Origin: Candidatus Lustribacter sp.
GTDB lineage: Bacteria; Vulcanimicrobiota; Vulcanimicrobiia; Vulcanimicrobiales; Vulcanimicrobiaceae
Direction of reading: 5' to 3'
DNA: 64,000 bases
Assembly (NCBI GenBank): GCA_965277805.1
Contig: OZ255842.1
Location: forward strand, 928,001-992,000
Shown here: one piece after another, positions 1 to 9,655 of the stretch
How the letters are laid out: every line of letters starts with the position of its first letter
Position numbering within the stretch: the first letter of the stretch is position 1
Position numbers and translations under genes: made by a program
The notes under the pieces: model-generated
The model's database searches: none
Told to the model about the DNA's origin: nothing
What the model saw: the letters and a program-made list of their open reading frames with translations, nothing else

Positions 1-5
1 CGCGA

Positions 6-1157
6 ATGGCGGGATACATCATCCAGAGCTTTTGGCTCAAGCCCCAAGCGTACACCACCGGACGCTCGAATCAGTCAAGCAGTTTCGGGTCCGATCTGCC
101 GGAGTTCTTGGCGAGTATCAATCAGAGTTCGGGGCCGCGCAAATGGCCGGTCAAGACGTTCCCGCGGCTCACCGGCGCGTCGACGCACGTCGTCATCACG
201 CAGTACGACATTCCCGATCGTCTCGCGCAGCCGCATGACGTTACGGGCACGCCCGACGGCACGATTTGGTTTTCGGATTTCGGCCAGCAATACATCGGCA
301 AGCTGAATCCGCGAACCGGTGCGGTCACGCAGATTCCGGTTCCCCAGAGCAAACCCGGTCACTTTACCGGTTCGCTCGACATCGAAGCGGATCAGAGCGG
401 CGATCTGTGGCTCGCGAACCAATATCAAGGCGCGATCGAACGCTACGATCCCAAGACGAACACGTTCGCGCAATGGGTGATGCCGCCGGGCGATCATCCG
501 GACTTCACGCAAGATTCGATGGTCGCGCCGGACCACAGCAACGTCGACGGCAAAGTCTGGACCAACAATCAGGACACGCGCACGTTCTGGCAACTCGATC
601 CGGCCACCGGGAAGTGGAACTCGTTCGGCCCGCTGCTCTATCCGAATACGAAGACGGTGTTCCGGGCCTACGGCCTGGTCTCGGACCTCAACAATTCGCT
701 CTGGCTGTTCGACTTCGGTGCGTCGGCAATCGCGCATCTCGACCCGAAGACCGGCGCGTTCAAATTGATCCCGACGCCGACGCCGAATTCGCATCCGCGG
801 CGCGGCCGCGTCGACGACCGGACGGGGCTCGTGTGGTTTGCCGAGTTCGCTGCAAACCGCCTCGGGTCGTACGACACCAAAGCCGATGACGGCCACATCA
901 CCGAATACGTGATGCCGACACCGTGGGATGCGCCCTATGACGCCGTTGCCGACAAGAACGGCAACGTGTGGACCGGCTCGATGGTCACCGACCGCGTCTC
1001 ACGCCTCGATCCCGCCACCGGCCGCGTCATCGAGTATCAGTTGCCCACGAGCACGAACATCCGCCGCGTGTGGGTCGACAACAGCACGAACCCGGTGACC
1101 CTCTGGACGGGCAGCAACCACTACGCCGACATCCTCCGAATCGAACCGCTCCCGTAA
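6..1157 (+). CDS. Vgb (virginiamycin B lyase)-like beta-propeller protein, probably 5'-truncated by the window edge
   Basis: Repeated blades such as 'PHDVTGTPDGTIWFSDFGQQYIGKLNPRTG' and 'PYDAVADKNGNVWTGSMVTDRVSRLDPATG'. The frame is open to the window start. Confidence 0.75.
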   Translation: MAGYIIQSFWLKPQAYTTGRSNQSSSFGSDLPEFLASINQSSGPRKWPVKTFPRLTGASTHVVITQYDIPDRLAQPHDVTGTPDGTIWFSDFGQQYIGKLNPRTGAVTQIPVPQSKPGHFTGSLDIEADQSGDLWLANQYQGAIERYDPKTNTFAQWVMPPGDHPDFTQDSMVAPDHSNVDGKVWTNNQDTRTFWQLDPATGKWNSFGPLLYPNTKTVFRAYGLVSDLNNSLWLFDFGASAIAHLDPKTGAFKLIPTPTPNSHPRRGRVDDRTGLVWFAEFAANRLGSYDTKADDGHITEYVMPTPWDAPYDAVADKNGNVWTGSMVTDRVSRLDPATGRVIEYQLPTSTNIRRVWVDNSTNPVTLWTGSNHYADILRIEPLP

Positions 1158-1399
1158 CAACGGGTGAGCCATTGCTCGAACTCGGCGAGACCGTGCGGTT
1201 CGAGCGCATACATGCGGCGCTGCGCATCGTTGCGCACGCGCACCAAGTCGGCGTTGCGCAAGATCTTCAGGTGCTGTGAGACGGCGGGCGGCGTCATGTC
1301 GAAGCGGCGGGCGATTTCGCCGGCCGCGAGTTCGCGTTCGGACAGCATTTCGAGGATGCGGCGGCGCGTGGGGTCGGCTAGGGCTTCGAATGCGTCCAA
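1121..1399 (-). CDS. ArsR/SmtB-family transcriptional regulator, C-terminus possibly truncated
   Basis: 'FEALADPTRRRILEML...AGEIARRFDMTPPAVSQHLKILRNADLV' winged HTH; TTG start; overlaps the 3' end of the Vgb gene. Confidence 0.85.
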   Translation of the reverse strand: MDAFEALADPTRRRILEMLSERELAAGEIARRFDMTPPAVSQHLKILRNADLVRVRNDAQRRMYALEPHGLAEFEQWLTRCYGSGSIRRMSA

Positions 1400-1401
1400 C
1401 G

Positions 1402-1431
1402 GTGGCGGTCCCTCGACAAGCTCTGGATGAC
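1402..1431 (-). repeat. REP-like short repeat, copy 1 (GTCATCCAGAGCTTGTCGAGGGACCGCCAC on the - strand)
   Basis: 29/30 identical to the copy at 56280-56309. Confidence 0.85.
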
Positions 1432-1487
1432 GGTGCGGCTATATTATGGTAGTGGCTTAAATAAGTAAAGTCTTTCGGATATGATGC

Positions 1488-1505
1488 ATCGAACACAGGT
1501 TCGAT
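1488..1505. promoter_or_regulatory. LexA operator (Gram-positive/Cheo-type SOS box) upstream of recA
   Basis: ATCGAAC-ACAG-GTTCGAT: perfect 7-bp arms around a GAAC-N4-GTTC core, ~146 nt upstream of the recA ATG. Confidence 0.8.
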
Positions 1506-1650
1506 TGCTGAGCGGGGCGAACGGGGGAATTAATGACGCGCGTCCTTCGGAGCCTGCGCTAAAGCAGAGCGAAGGGTGTGCCACGCAGATGGCACTCAGG
1601 CGCGATACTGTCGGTTGCGTACTCAAACACGCAATCGGAAACGGAGCATC

Positions 1651-2712
1651 ATGGCCGACGAAAAAGCAGCCGCCCTGACCAACGCCCTCGCGCAGATCGA
1701 GCGGCAATTCGGTAAGGGATCCATCATGAAGATGGGCGAGATCCAGGAGCGGATGGCGTTCGACGTCATCTCGTCCGGATCGATCGCCCTCGACCTCGCG
1801 CTCGGGGTCGGCGGATTTCCCCGCGGGCGCATCATCGAAATCTACGGACCGGAATCGAGCGGTAAGACGACGCTGGCACTGCACGTCATTGCCGAAGCGC
1901 AGAAGAACGGCGGCACCGCTGCCTTCATCGATGTCGAGCATGCGCTCGATCCGGCGTACGCGCAGAATTTGGGCATCGATCTCGACAACTTGCTCGTGTC
2001 GCAGCCGGATGCCGGCGAACAGGCGCTCGACATCGCTGAGATGCTCGTGCGTTCGAATGCGGTCGACGTCGTCGTGCTCGACTCGGTCGCGGCGCTCGTC
2101 ACCAAGGCTGAACTCGAAGGCGACATGGGCGATACGCATGTCGGACTTCAAGCGCGGCTGATGTCGCAGGCGCTGCGCAAACTCACTTCGGCGATCTCGC
2201 GTTCGAAGTGCGTGATGATCTTCATCAACCAACTGCGCGAGAAGATCGGCGTCATGTTCGGCAGCCCCGAAACGACCTCGGGCGGCCGCGCGCTGAAGTT
2301 CTACGCCTCGATTCGCATCGACATTCGCAAGCTCGAGCAGATCAAGGTCGGGCAGGATGTCGTCGGGTCGCGGACGCGGGCGAAAGTCGTTAAAAATAAG
2401 GTAGCGCCGCCGTTCCGGCAGGCCGAGTTCGACATTACGTACGGGCGCGGGATCTCGAAGATGGGTTCCATTCTCGACGTGGCGCTCGAGCGGAACTTTG
2501 TCGGTAAGAGCGGGTCGTGGTACACCTACGGCGAGTCGCGGATCGGTCAAGGGCGCGAGAACGCCAAGGCCTATCTCGAAGAGCACAGCGATGTTGCGGA
2601 CGAGCTGGAGTTCAAGATCCGGGAGGCCCTGAAGGCGAGCGGGTCGCCGAACGGGTCGGCGAAGCCGGTTGGGGTCGGAGCCGCTGCGGTTGACGACGCG
2701 GACGACGACTAG
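1651..2712 (+). CDS. recA: Recombinase RecA
   Basis: Walker A 'GPESSGKTT', '[14 protein letters not shown]', '[13 protein letters not shown]', '[10 protein letters not shown]'; ATG at 1651 preceded by GGAG. Confidence 0.99.
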   Translation: MADEKAAALTNALAQIERQFGKGSIMKMGEIQERMAFDVISSGSIALDLALGVGGFPRGRIIEIYGPESSGKTTLALHVIAEAQKNGGTAAFIDVEHALDPAYAQNLGIDLDNLLVSQPDAGEQALDIAEMLVRSNAVDVVVLDSVAALVTKAELEGDMGDTHVGLQARLMSQALRKLTSAISRSKCVMIFINQLREKIGVMFGSPETTSGGRALKFYASIRIDIRKLEQIKVGQDVVGSRTRAKVVKNKVAPPFRQAEFDITYGRGISKMGSILDVALERNFVGKSGSWYTYGESRIGQGRENAKAYLEEHSDVADELEFKIREALKASGSPNGSAKPVGVGAAAVDDADDD

Positions 2713-3175
2713 CACCAGGACGGCTCGGGTGGCGGCGCTGGCGATTCTCGCGCAGCGCCGGCTCACCGAAGCCCAACTCTGGAAAAAACTCGAGGCTCGC
2801 GGGTACGAGCACGAGGAGATCGCTGAAGCAGTGGCTTCGTGCAAGGCGAACGGTTACGTCGACGACCGTTTGTACGCATCGCTCTATGTCGAGGGTGCGC
2901 GCAAAGCGGTTGGGGATGCGCGGCTGTGTGCCGATCTCGTCAAGCGCGGGATCGATCGTGAGGCGGCGCTGACCATTCTCGCCGGCGCTGAGGTTGATGA
3001 AGAAGGGCGGATCGAAGCCGCGTACCTGAAGATTCGGCGGATTGGGCCACAGCTGGCCTATCCGACGATCGCGCGGAAACTCGAGCGGCTTGGATTTCCG
3101 TCGAGCCTCATCTATCGGACGCTGCGGAAGCACGCCGCCGGCGAGCTGGGCGACCTGGTCCGCGAGCCCGGCTGA
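2690..3175 (+). CDS. recX: Regulatory protein RecX
   Basis: '[15 protein letters not shown]...GYVDDRLYA...LVKRGID...KLERLGF' three-helix repeats; directly follows recA; start approximate (TTG). Confidence 0.9.
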   Translation: MTTRTTTSTRTARVAALAILAQRRLTEAQLWKKLEARGYEHEEIAEAVASCKANGYVDDRLYASLYVEGARKAVGDARLCADLVKRGIDREAALTILAGAEVDEEGRIEAAYLKIRRIGPQLAYPTIARKLERLGFPSSLIYRTLRKHAAGELGDLVREPG

Positions 3176-3233
3176 TACGGCTCCGAGGCCGCCGAGGGGA
3201 GTCGATTCGCCGGAGGCTAAAGGGCCCTAACCG

Positions 3234-4547
3234 ATGCGTTTTAGAATCGCGCGGTTCGTTGCGGCAATCGCCTTTGCCGTTATCGTGATCGCGCAGAACG
3301 CGTCGGCGCTGGAACTCGATTCGATCGCCAAGGCCGCGGCGAATTACACCAACCCCGATGCCAAGCTCCAAGCTATGTACCGTGCCGCGCTGCTCAACAC
3401 GAGCCGGCAGGCAACGATCGCAAGCGACGGCACCGCCTACGTGAAGACGGGCGACATTCCGGCTGAATGGCTCCGCGATGCAAGCGCACAAGTGCGCCCG
3501 TACCTGTACTACGCCAAGAGCGATCCGCAAGTTGCGCAATTGCTGCGCGAGATGATCGCGCGCATGGGCAAGTACCTGCAGATCGATCCCTACGCCAATG
3601 CGTTCACGCTCGACTATCGCGTGTGGGAAGAAAAGTTCGAGCTCGACTCGCTCGCCTATCCGATCACGCTGGCCTGGACGTACTGGAAAGAAACCGGCGA
3701 TACGTCGATCTTCACCGCCGATCTCTCGCTCGGCTTCGACAGAGCGCTCGAGACGATGGAGCGCGAGCAAGATCACGCCAAGAACTCCACCTACACGCAC
3801 AAGGAAATCCCGCAAGCCGGCAAAGGCAATCCGGTCAAGTATACGGGGATGATCTGGACCGGGTTCCGGCCCTCCGACGATGCGTGCACCTACAACTTCC
3901 TCATTCCTTCGGAGATGATGGCGGTCGTGGCGCTGGGCGAACTCGACGAGATCGAGCGCGACGTCTACCACAACTTGCTCAAGTCGCATCGCGCTTCATC
4001 GCTGCGCGACGAAGTGCAGACCGGCATCCAGACCTACGGCGTGGTCTTCACGCCCAACTACGGTTACGTCTACGCCTACGAAGTCGACGGACTCAACCAT
4101 GCGAACCTGATGGACGACGCCAACATCCCGAGCCTCTTGTCGGCGCCGTACATCGGCTACACGAAGGCAACGAGTTTCATCTACGCCAACACGCGCCGGT
4201 TTTTGCTCTCAAAAGACAATCCGACGTACTATAGTGGTAAGCTGGCAAGCGGGATCGGGTCGCCGCACACCAACGATGGCTGGGTGTGGCCGCTGGCGAT
4301 GCTGATGCAAGGCTTCACTGCAACGACGGAAAGCGAAAAGCGCGATGTCCTCAACCAGCTGCTCAACTCCGATCCCGGCGACCATCTGTTGCACGAATCG
4401 TTCGATCCGGACGATCCGGCCCGTTACTCGCGCGTCGACTTCGGTTGGCCCAACGCGCTGTTCAGTGAGTATGTCATGACGAATTTTTCAGGCGTTCCGC
4501 CGCTACCGGTGGGCTCGACCGCGGACTTGGATTTCCGTGGCGAATAA
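3234..4547 (+). CDS. Glycoside hydrolase family 125 (exo-alpha-1,6-mannosidase-like) with signal peptide
   Basis: 'TGDIPAEWLRDASAQ', 'WEEKFELDSL', 'GFRPSDDA', 'MDDANIPSLL', 'GIGSPHT', 'FGWPNALF'; N-terminal signal ending ASA. Confidence 0.88.
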   Translation: MRFRIARFVAAIAFAVIVIAQNASALELDSIAKAAANYTNPDAKLQAMYRAALLNTSRQATIASDGTAYVKTGDIPAEWLRDASAQVRPYLYYAKSDPQVAQLLREMIARMGKYLQIDPYANAFTLDYRVWEEKFELDSLAYPITLAWTYWKETGDTSIFTADLSLGFDRALETMEREQDHAKNSTYTHKEIPQAGKGNPVKYTGMIWTGFRPSDDACTYNFLIPSEMMAVVALGELDEIERDVYHNLLKSHRASSLRDEVQTGIQTYGVVFTPNYGYVYAYEVDGLNHANLMDDANIPSLLSAPYIGYTKATSFIYANTRRFLLSKDNPTYYSGKLASGIGSPHTNDGWVWPLAMLMQGFTATTESEKRDVLNQLLNSDPGDHLLHESFDPDDPARYSRVDFGWPNALFSEYVMTNFSGVPPLPVGSTADLDFRGE

Positions 4548-5841
4548 CAACGTGCTGCTCCCGCCGATCGAGCACAAACGCGCGGGCGGTGTCGACATCG
4601 TGCTCGGCATCCAATGGGGCGATGAGGGCAAGGGCCGCGTCATCGACTTGCTGGCGAAAGACTACGCGATCGTCGCGCGCTTCGGCGGCGGCGACAATGC
4701 CGGACATTCGATTGAGGTCGGCGATCGCAAGCTCGCGCTGCGCATCGTGCCCTCGGGCGCGCTCGTGCCGAGTGCCAAGCTGCACGTCGGCGCCGGGACC
4801 GTGATCTCGCTGAAGACGCTGATCGGCGAACTCGACGCGCTCGGCAAAATCGGCGTCGACGTCTCGCGCATCTCGATCTCCGATCGCGCGCAGGTCGTGT
4901 TCCCGTTCCATGCCGCCGTCGATCAAGCGATGGAACGTGCCCGCGGCGGATCGGCGATCGGCACGACCGGGCGCGGCATCGGACCGGCCTACGTCGACCG
5001 CGTGGGGCGCATCGGCATCACCGTCGGCGACCTGCGCGATCCGGGTGTGCTCACCGGCAAGATCCAGCAGTCCATGCAGGCTAAGGCGGCGCTGCTGGCC
5101 GGCGTGCCGGATGCGCCGAGCGAGCATGACGTCATCGCCGAGACCTTGGCCGCGGCACAGCGGCTGCTCCCGCACGTCGTCGACGGCGTCGACTATATCA
5201 ATGAAGCGCTCGAGCGCGGCGACAACATCCTGGCCGAGGGCGCGCAGGGCACGTTGCTGGACGTCACCTACGGTTCGTATCCCTACGTCACGAGCTCATC
5301 GACGATCGCGGGCGGGGCCTGCATCGGTCTCGGCATCGGGCCGGGCGCGGTACGCTCGGTCACCGGCGTCGTGAAGGCGTACTGCACGCGGGTCGGCGGC
5401 GGGCCGTTCCCCTCGGAGCTGCCCGACGCCGAGGCTAATGCGCTGCGGGAAGCCGGGCGCGAGTTCGGGGTCGTCACCGGTCGCCCGCGCCGCTGCGGTT
5501 GGTTCGACGCGGTGACCGCTAGGTATGCTGCCCGACTCAACGGGCTCGACCGGCTGATCGTCACCAAGCTCGACGTCCTCAGCGGCCTCGACCGGGTGGG
5601 CCTCGTCACCGGCTACAAGCACGCCGACGGCACCCCCGCCGGGGTCGAGTCGATGGGCGAGCCCGGTCTCCAGACCGAGATCGAATACCATCCCGGGTGG
5701 TCGGAAAATGTGCGCGACGTCAAGGAAGTCAAAAATTTACCAAGTGCTGCGCGGGCATATCTGGACCGGTTGGCAAATGTAACCGGAGTACCGGTCGCTC
5801 TGGTCTCTGTAGGACCTGAGCGAACGGCATTTGCGGCGTGA
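4537..5841 (+). CDS. purA: Adenylosuccinate synthetase
   Basis: 'GIQWGDEGKG', 'IGTTGRGIGPAY', 'EGAQGTLLD', 'TGRPRRCGWFD', 'TKLDVL'. Confidence 0.98.
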   Translation: MANNNVLLPPIEHKRAGGVDIVLGIQWGDEGKGRVIDLLAKDYAIVARFGGGDNAGHSIEVGDRKLALRIVPSGALVPSAKLHVGAGTVISLKTLIGELDALGKIGVDVSRISISDRAQVVFPFHAAVDQAMERARGGSAIGTTGRGIGPAYVDRVGRIGITVGDLRDPGVLTGKIQQSMQAKAALLAGVPDAPSEHDVIAETLAAAQRLLPHVVDGVDYINEALERGDNILAEGAQGTLLDVTYGSYPYVTSSSTIAGGACIGLGIGPGAVRSVTGVVKAYCTRVGGGPFPSELPDAEANALREAGREFGVVTGRPRRCGWFDAVTARYAARLNGLDRLIVTKLDVLSGLDRVGLVTGYKHADGTPAGVESMGEPGLQTEIEYHPGWSENVRDVKEVKNLPSAARAYLDRLANVTGVPVALVSVGPERTAFAA

Positions 5842-5876
5842 CGGGTGAGCACGCTTCTCTTGTAGAGTAGATAACG

Positions 5877-5904
5877 TAAAGCTAGTGGACGTGAAGGCCG
5901 ATAG
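5877..5904 (+). promoter_or_regulatory. Putative sigma28 (FliA/SigD) promoter upstream of fliF
   Basis: TAAA-N16-GCCGATAG. Confidence 0.7.
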
Positions 5905-6000
5905 TATCCCTAGGCTCCGAAGCCGGGCATGGATGCTTGGTAACTTCACTTGCCACGGCGGGCGCAACCACGAGATTCCGCAGAGTCCCGAAGGTGTCAA

Positions 6001-7680
6001 TTGGATCGTATAGGTTCTTCGTTCGGATCGTTTAGCGGTCGAGTACGCGACATATGGTCGTCGCAAGGTCCAGCGAACCGGATGATCATCGGAGCGCTCG
6101 GCGTTGTGATCATCGTCGGCATCGTGTTTTTCGGCTTTACGCGCTTTCGTCCGACGTCGTACTCGGTATTATTTTCGAACCTTGCGCCCGACGATGCCAG
6201 CGCCGTCGTAGCGAAGCTCGACGCGCAAAAGATTCCGCACAAGCTTTCCGCCGACGGCACGACGGTTTACGTTCCGTCCGACGTCGTTGCCGACGAACGC
6301 GTCTCGCTCGCCGGCGACGGCACGGTCAAAGGCGGCGGTACCGGCTTCGAGTTGTTCGATCGTACGAACCTCGGCATGACCGACACGCAAGAGAAGATCG
6401 CGAAGATCCGCGCGACCGAAGGCGAGCTGCAGCGCACGATCGGCGGACTCACGCCGGTTGAATCGGCGCGCGTTCACCTCGCGGTTCCCGATGCAACGCT
6501 CTATTCGACAACCCAAGAACCGACCACGGCGTCGGTCGCGGTCCGCACGAAACCCGGCGAGACGCTCTCGCCGCAGGAAGTCCGCGGCATCACGCAGCTC
6601 GTCTCCGGTGCGGTCGAAGGACTGCATCCCGAAAACGTTACGATCGTCAATCAGGACGGCACGGTGCTCGTGCCCTCGCCGTCGACAACCGGTCCCGACG
6701 GAACGCAGACCGCCGACGCGCTGAAGATGACGTCGGATCAGCTCGTGGCCAAACAGCGCTACGAAACGAACCTGCAAGAAAATATTCAAGGGTTGCTCGA
6801 TGCGGCCATCGGTTCGAAGCGCTCGGCCGTGCGCGTTGCAACCGACATGGACTTCGATGCCGGTCAGACCGACACCGAATCCTACGCGCCCAACGGCACC
6901 GTGCGTTCGTCGCAGACCGAACGCGAAGCGTTCCAGGGCACCGGCGGCGCTGCGCGTCAGCCGCCCATCGGCGTTCCCGGTACGACGACGAACGCGGTCC
7001 CGACCTATCAGGGCGTTGCGCAGAACACCGGCAACAGCAAGTACACGAAGTCGAAGACGACGACCAACTACGAGATCACGAAGACCACCGCGAAGCACAT
7101 CAACGCGCCCGGTAAGGTGACGCGCGAGTCGGTCGCGGTGCTGGTCAACGTTCCGAACGCCGCCGTCGCCCCGCCGCCGGGCGGTGGACCCGCAGCCGTT
7201 ACCGCGGCCAACTATACCGTCTCCGCCGCCGACGTCGCGAAGATCCGCAACGTCGTCGCAGCCGCCGCCGGCATCGATCCGACCCGGGGCGACGTCGTCT
7301 CGGTCGAGGCGATTCCGTTCGCGCCGCCGCCGGCCAGCGGCGTCGTCGCCCCGACCACGATCCTTGGTATCCCGGTCTCGGCGCTCATCGCCATCGCCGT
7401 GGTGCTCTTGCTGGCTGGTGCCGGCGCCGTCGCCCTCTCGCTCCGCCGCCGCGCGGTGCTGGCCACGACGGTCGACCTCCCATCGTTCGACTCGGCACTG
7501 GCCGACGAGCTGCCGTCCTTCGAAGAGCATCCGATGCTCGAAGGTTCGCCGGTCGTCGCCGCGCCGATCCGTTCCGCAGCCGATCTGACGCGCGAGCAAA
7601 TGATCGAATACGTGACGACCGTCGCGCAAGAAAACCCGGACAGTCTCGCCAAACTCGTCAAACTGTGGCTGGCGGAGTAA
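6001..7680 (+). CDS. fliF: Flagellar M-ring protein FliF
   Basis: Two TM segments, 'GFELFDR...GMTD', 'EGELQRTI', 'ARVHLAVP', 'PTTASV', C-terminal 'AKLVKLWL'; TTG start chosen after AAGGTG. Confidence 0.95.
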   Translation: MDRIGSSFGSFSGRVRDIWSSQGPANRMIIGALGVVIIVGIVFFGFTRFRPTSYSVLFSNLAPDDASAVVAKLDAQKIPHKLSADGTTVYVPSDVVADERVSLAGDGTVKGGGTGFELFDRTNLGMTDTQEKIAKIRATEGELQRTIGGLTPVESARVHLAVPDATLYSTTQEPTTASVAVRTKPGETLSPQEVRGITQLVSGAVEGLHPENVTIVNQDGTVLVPSPSTTGPDGTQTADALKMTSDQLVAKQRYETNLQENIQGLLDAAIGSKRSAVRVATDMDFDAGQTDTESYAPNGTVRSSQTEREAFQGTGGAARQPPIGVPGTTTNAVPTYQGVAQNTGNSKYTKSKTTTNYEITKTTAKHINAPGKVTRESVAVLVNVPNAAVAPPPGGGPAAVTAANYTVSAADVAKIRNVVAAAAGIDPTRGDVVSVEAIPFAPPPASGVVAPTTILGIPVSALIAIAVVLLLAGAGAVALSLRRRAVLATTVDLPSFDSALADELPSFEEHPMLEGSPVVAAPIRSAADLTREQMIEYVTTVAQENPDSLAKLVKLWLAE

Positions 7681-7682
7681 GC

Positions 7683-7710
7683 TAACCTGTGATTACCGAC
7701 AAGCCGATTA
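7683..7710 (+). promoter_or_regulatory. Putative sigma28 promoter at the fliF-fliG junction
   Basis: TAAC-N16-GCCGATTA, same spacing as the other candidate sites. Confidence 0.4.
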
Positions 7711-8774
7711 TCGGGGCCGTGGGCGCGGGGGCATCCCCCGCGAAACCGACCTATCAGTTCGAGAACCCGGCTGTTCCCGAGATGACGGGTCCCGAAAAAG
7801 CAGCAATCCTCATGATCACGCTGGGCCTGGAGATCTCGTCAACGATCTTCAAGTTCTTGCGTCAGGACGAAGTCGAAACGATCGTCCTCGAGATCGCGAA
7901 GATCTCGACGGTTCCGATCGACAAACGCGACGCGGTCATCACCGAAGCCTACCAGCGCGCCATCGCCCTCAAGTACATCAACGAGGGCGGCATCGAGTAC
8001 GCCAAGGAAATTCTCGAGCGTTCGTTCGGCGCCGGCCAAGCCGACGACATGACGAACCGGTTGTTCGCTGCCCTCAAGCACGGCAACCCGCTCGAACTCG
8101 TCAAGAAAACGGAACCGGGCCAACTGCTCGAGTTCATCCGCGAAGAACATCCGCAGACGATCGCGCTCATCCTCGTCTATATGGCGCCGGAGCAAGCGGG
8201 TATCGTGCTCTCGCAGCTCGAGCCCGAGTTGCAGGCCGACGTCGCGATGCGCATCGCGATCTTGCAGAAGACCGCGCCTGAAGTGCTCGAACAGCTCGAC
8301 GAGTTGCTCGGCCGCCGGCTGCTGGTCACCGGCGCCGACTTCACCAAAGCCGGCGGCGTCCAATCGCTCGCGCAGCTCATGGGCTTCGTCGATCGCGAAA
8401 CGGAAAAGAACATCCTCGACGGTCTCGCCAAACGCGATCCCGAAATCGCCGAAGAAGTCAAGAACCTGCTCTTCGTCTTCGAAGACATCATCAACCTCGA
8501 CGATCGCGCCATCCAGCGCATCCTCAAGGAAGTCGAAGCGAAGGATCTCGCGCTCGCGCTCAAGACCGCGAACGATGAGCTGCTGCAGCGCGTCTACAAG
8601 AACATGTCGACGCGCGCCGCATCGACCTTACGCGAAGATATCGAAGTGCTCGGTCCGGTTCGCATGCGAGAAGTCGGCAAGGCGCAGCAGAATATCGTCG
8701 ACGTAATCCGCACGCTCGAGGAGAACGGACAGATCATCATCTCGCGCGGCGGCAAAGAAGAGCGCCTCGTTTAA
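7689..8774 (+). CDS. fliG: Flagellar motor switch protein FliG
   Basis: 'GPEKAAILMITLG', 'GGIEYAKEIL', 'EHPQTIALIL', 'FVFEDI', 'NMSTRAA'; the true start may be downstream. Confidence 0.97.
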   Translation: MITDKPIIGAVGAGASPAKPTYQFENPAVPEMTGPEKAAILMITLGLEISSTIFKFLRQDEVETIVLEIAKISTVPIDKRDAVITEAYQRAIALKYINEGGIEYAKEILERSFGAGQADDMTNRLFAALKHGNPLELVKKTEPGQLLEFIREEHPQTIALILVYMAPEQAGIVLSQLEPELQADVAMRIAILQKTAPEVLEQLDELLGRRLLVTGADFTKAGGVQSLAQLMGFVDRETEKNILDGLAKRDPEIAEEVKNLLFVFEDIINLDDRAIQRILKEVEAKDLALALKTANDELLQRVYKNMSTRAASTLREDIEVLGPVRMREVGKAQQNIVDVIRTLEENGQIIISRGGKEERLV

Positions 8775-8801
8775 TATGGCGACCGCGAGCACTGTGTAGT
8801 T

Positions 8802-9650
8802 ATGGGCCGCGTCGTCAAGAACGCGCGCGTCAACACGCAGCGCTATCAAGTTGCCGTTCCGCAAGTCGAACGTCCCGCCGGTTCCGACGACGAGACCTAC
8901 CTCGCGCCGCAGTTCGACGACCACTCCGATCTGCTCGAGCTGCCCTCGCCCCAATCGCCGCCGATCGACGTCGACGCGATTGCGAAACAAGCGCGCGAAC
9001 TGATCGATACCGCCGAACAGCACGCGAAGTCCCTGCTCCAAGACGCGTTCGAACGCGCCTCGCAACTGCTGGCTGAAGCGGGCGAACGCGGCGATGCGCT
9101 GGTCGAAAAAGTTCAGGCCGATGCGCGCAGCGCCGGTCATGCCGAAGGCTCGGCCGCGGCCGAGCGCGAGATGAGCGACATGATGGCGACGATGCGCAAT
9201 CTCGTCGACATGGCACGCGTCGAACGCCACAAACTCATGGAGAGTGCCGAACCCGAACTCGTGCGCCTCGCCGTCGGCATCGCCGAACGCGTGCTGCATC
9301 AGCAGATCGCCCTCGACCGCGGCGTCGTCGTCGAGATGGCGCGCGTGGCGATCGGGCGTCTAGTGGAAAAAGAGTCGGTTACCGTGCGCGTCAATCCGGG
9401 CGATCTCGAACGGATGCGCGAGCATCGCGATGAGCTGCTCAGCAACGGCGAAATCAAGAATTTCCGCGTGATCGAAGATCAGCGCGTCGACCGTGGCGGC
9501 GTCGTGGTCGAGACCGACGGCGGGACGATCGATGCGCGTATTTCGACGCAGTTGAACGAGGCCAAGCGCGTGTTGCACATCGAGGACGAAGTCGTCGTCG
9601 CGCCGGCAACCAACGGCGAATCGAGCTTGCGCGCCGCGCGCGCGTCGTAG
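8802..9650 (+). CDS. fliH: Flagellar assembly protein FliH
   Basis: Helical AxxxG region, 'VTVRVNPGD', 'GGVVVETDGGTIDARI'; lies between fliG and fliI. Confidence 0.92.
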   Translation: MGRVVKNARVNTQRYQVAVPQVERPAGSDDETYLAPQFDDHSDLLELPSPQSPPIDVDAIAKQARELIDTAEQHAKSLLQDAFERASQLLAEAGERGDALVEKVQADARSAGHAEGSAAAEREMSDMMATMRNLVDMARVERHKLMESAEPELVRLAVGIAERVLHQQIALDRGVVVEMARVAIGRLVEKESVTVRVNPGDLERMREHRDELLSNGEIKNFRVIEDQRVDRGGVVVETDGGTIDARISTQLNEAKRVLHIEDEVVVAPATNGESSLRAARAS

Positions 9651-9655
9651 CTCTC

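Noticed and set aside
6-1157. Streptogramin B resistance gene
   Set aside because: Vgb-like propellers are widespread with unknown roles. The gene is partial and resistance cannot be inferred from the fold.
5842-6000. c-di-GMP riboswitch upstream of fliF
   Set aside because: No GGCAAA/GNRA/receptor pattern of class I and no recognisable class II features.
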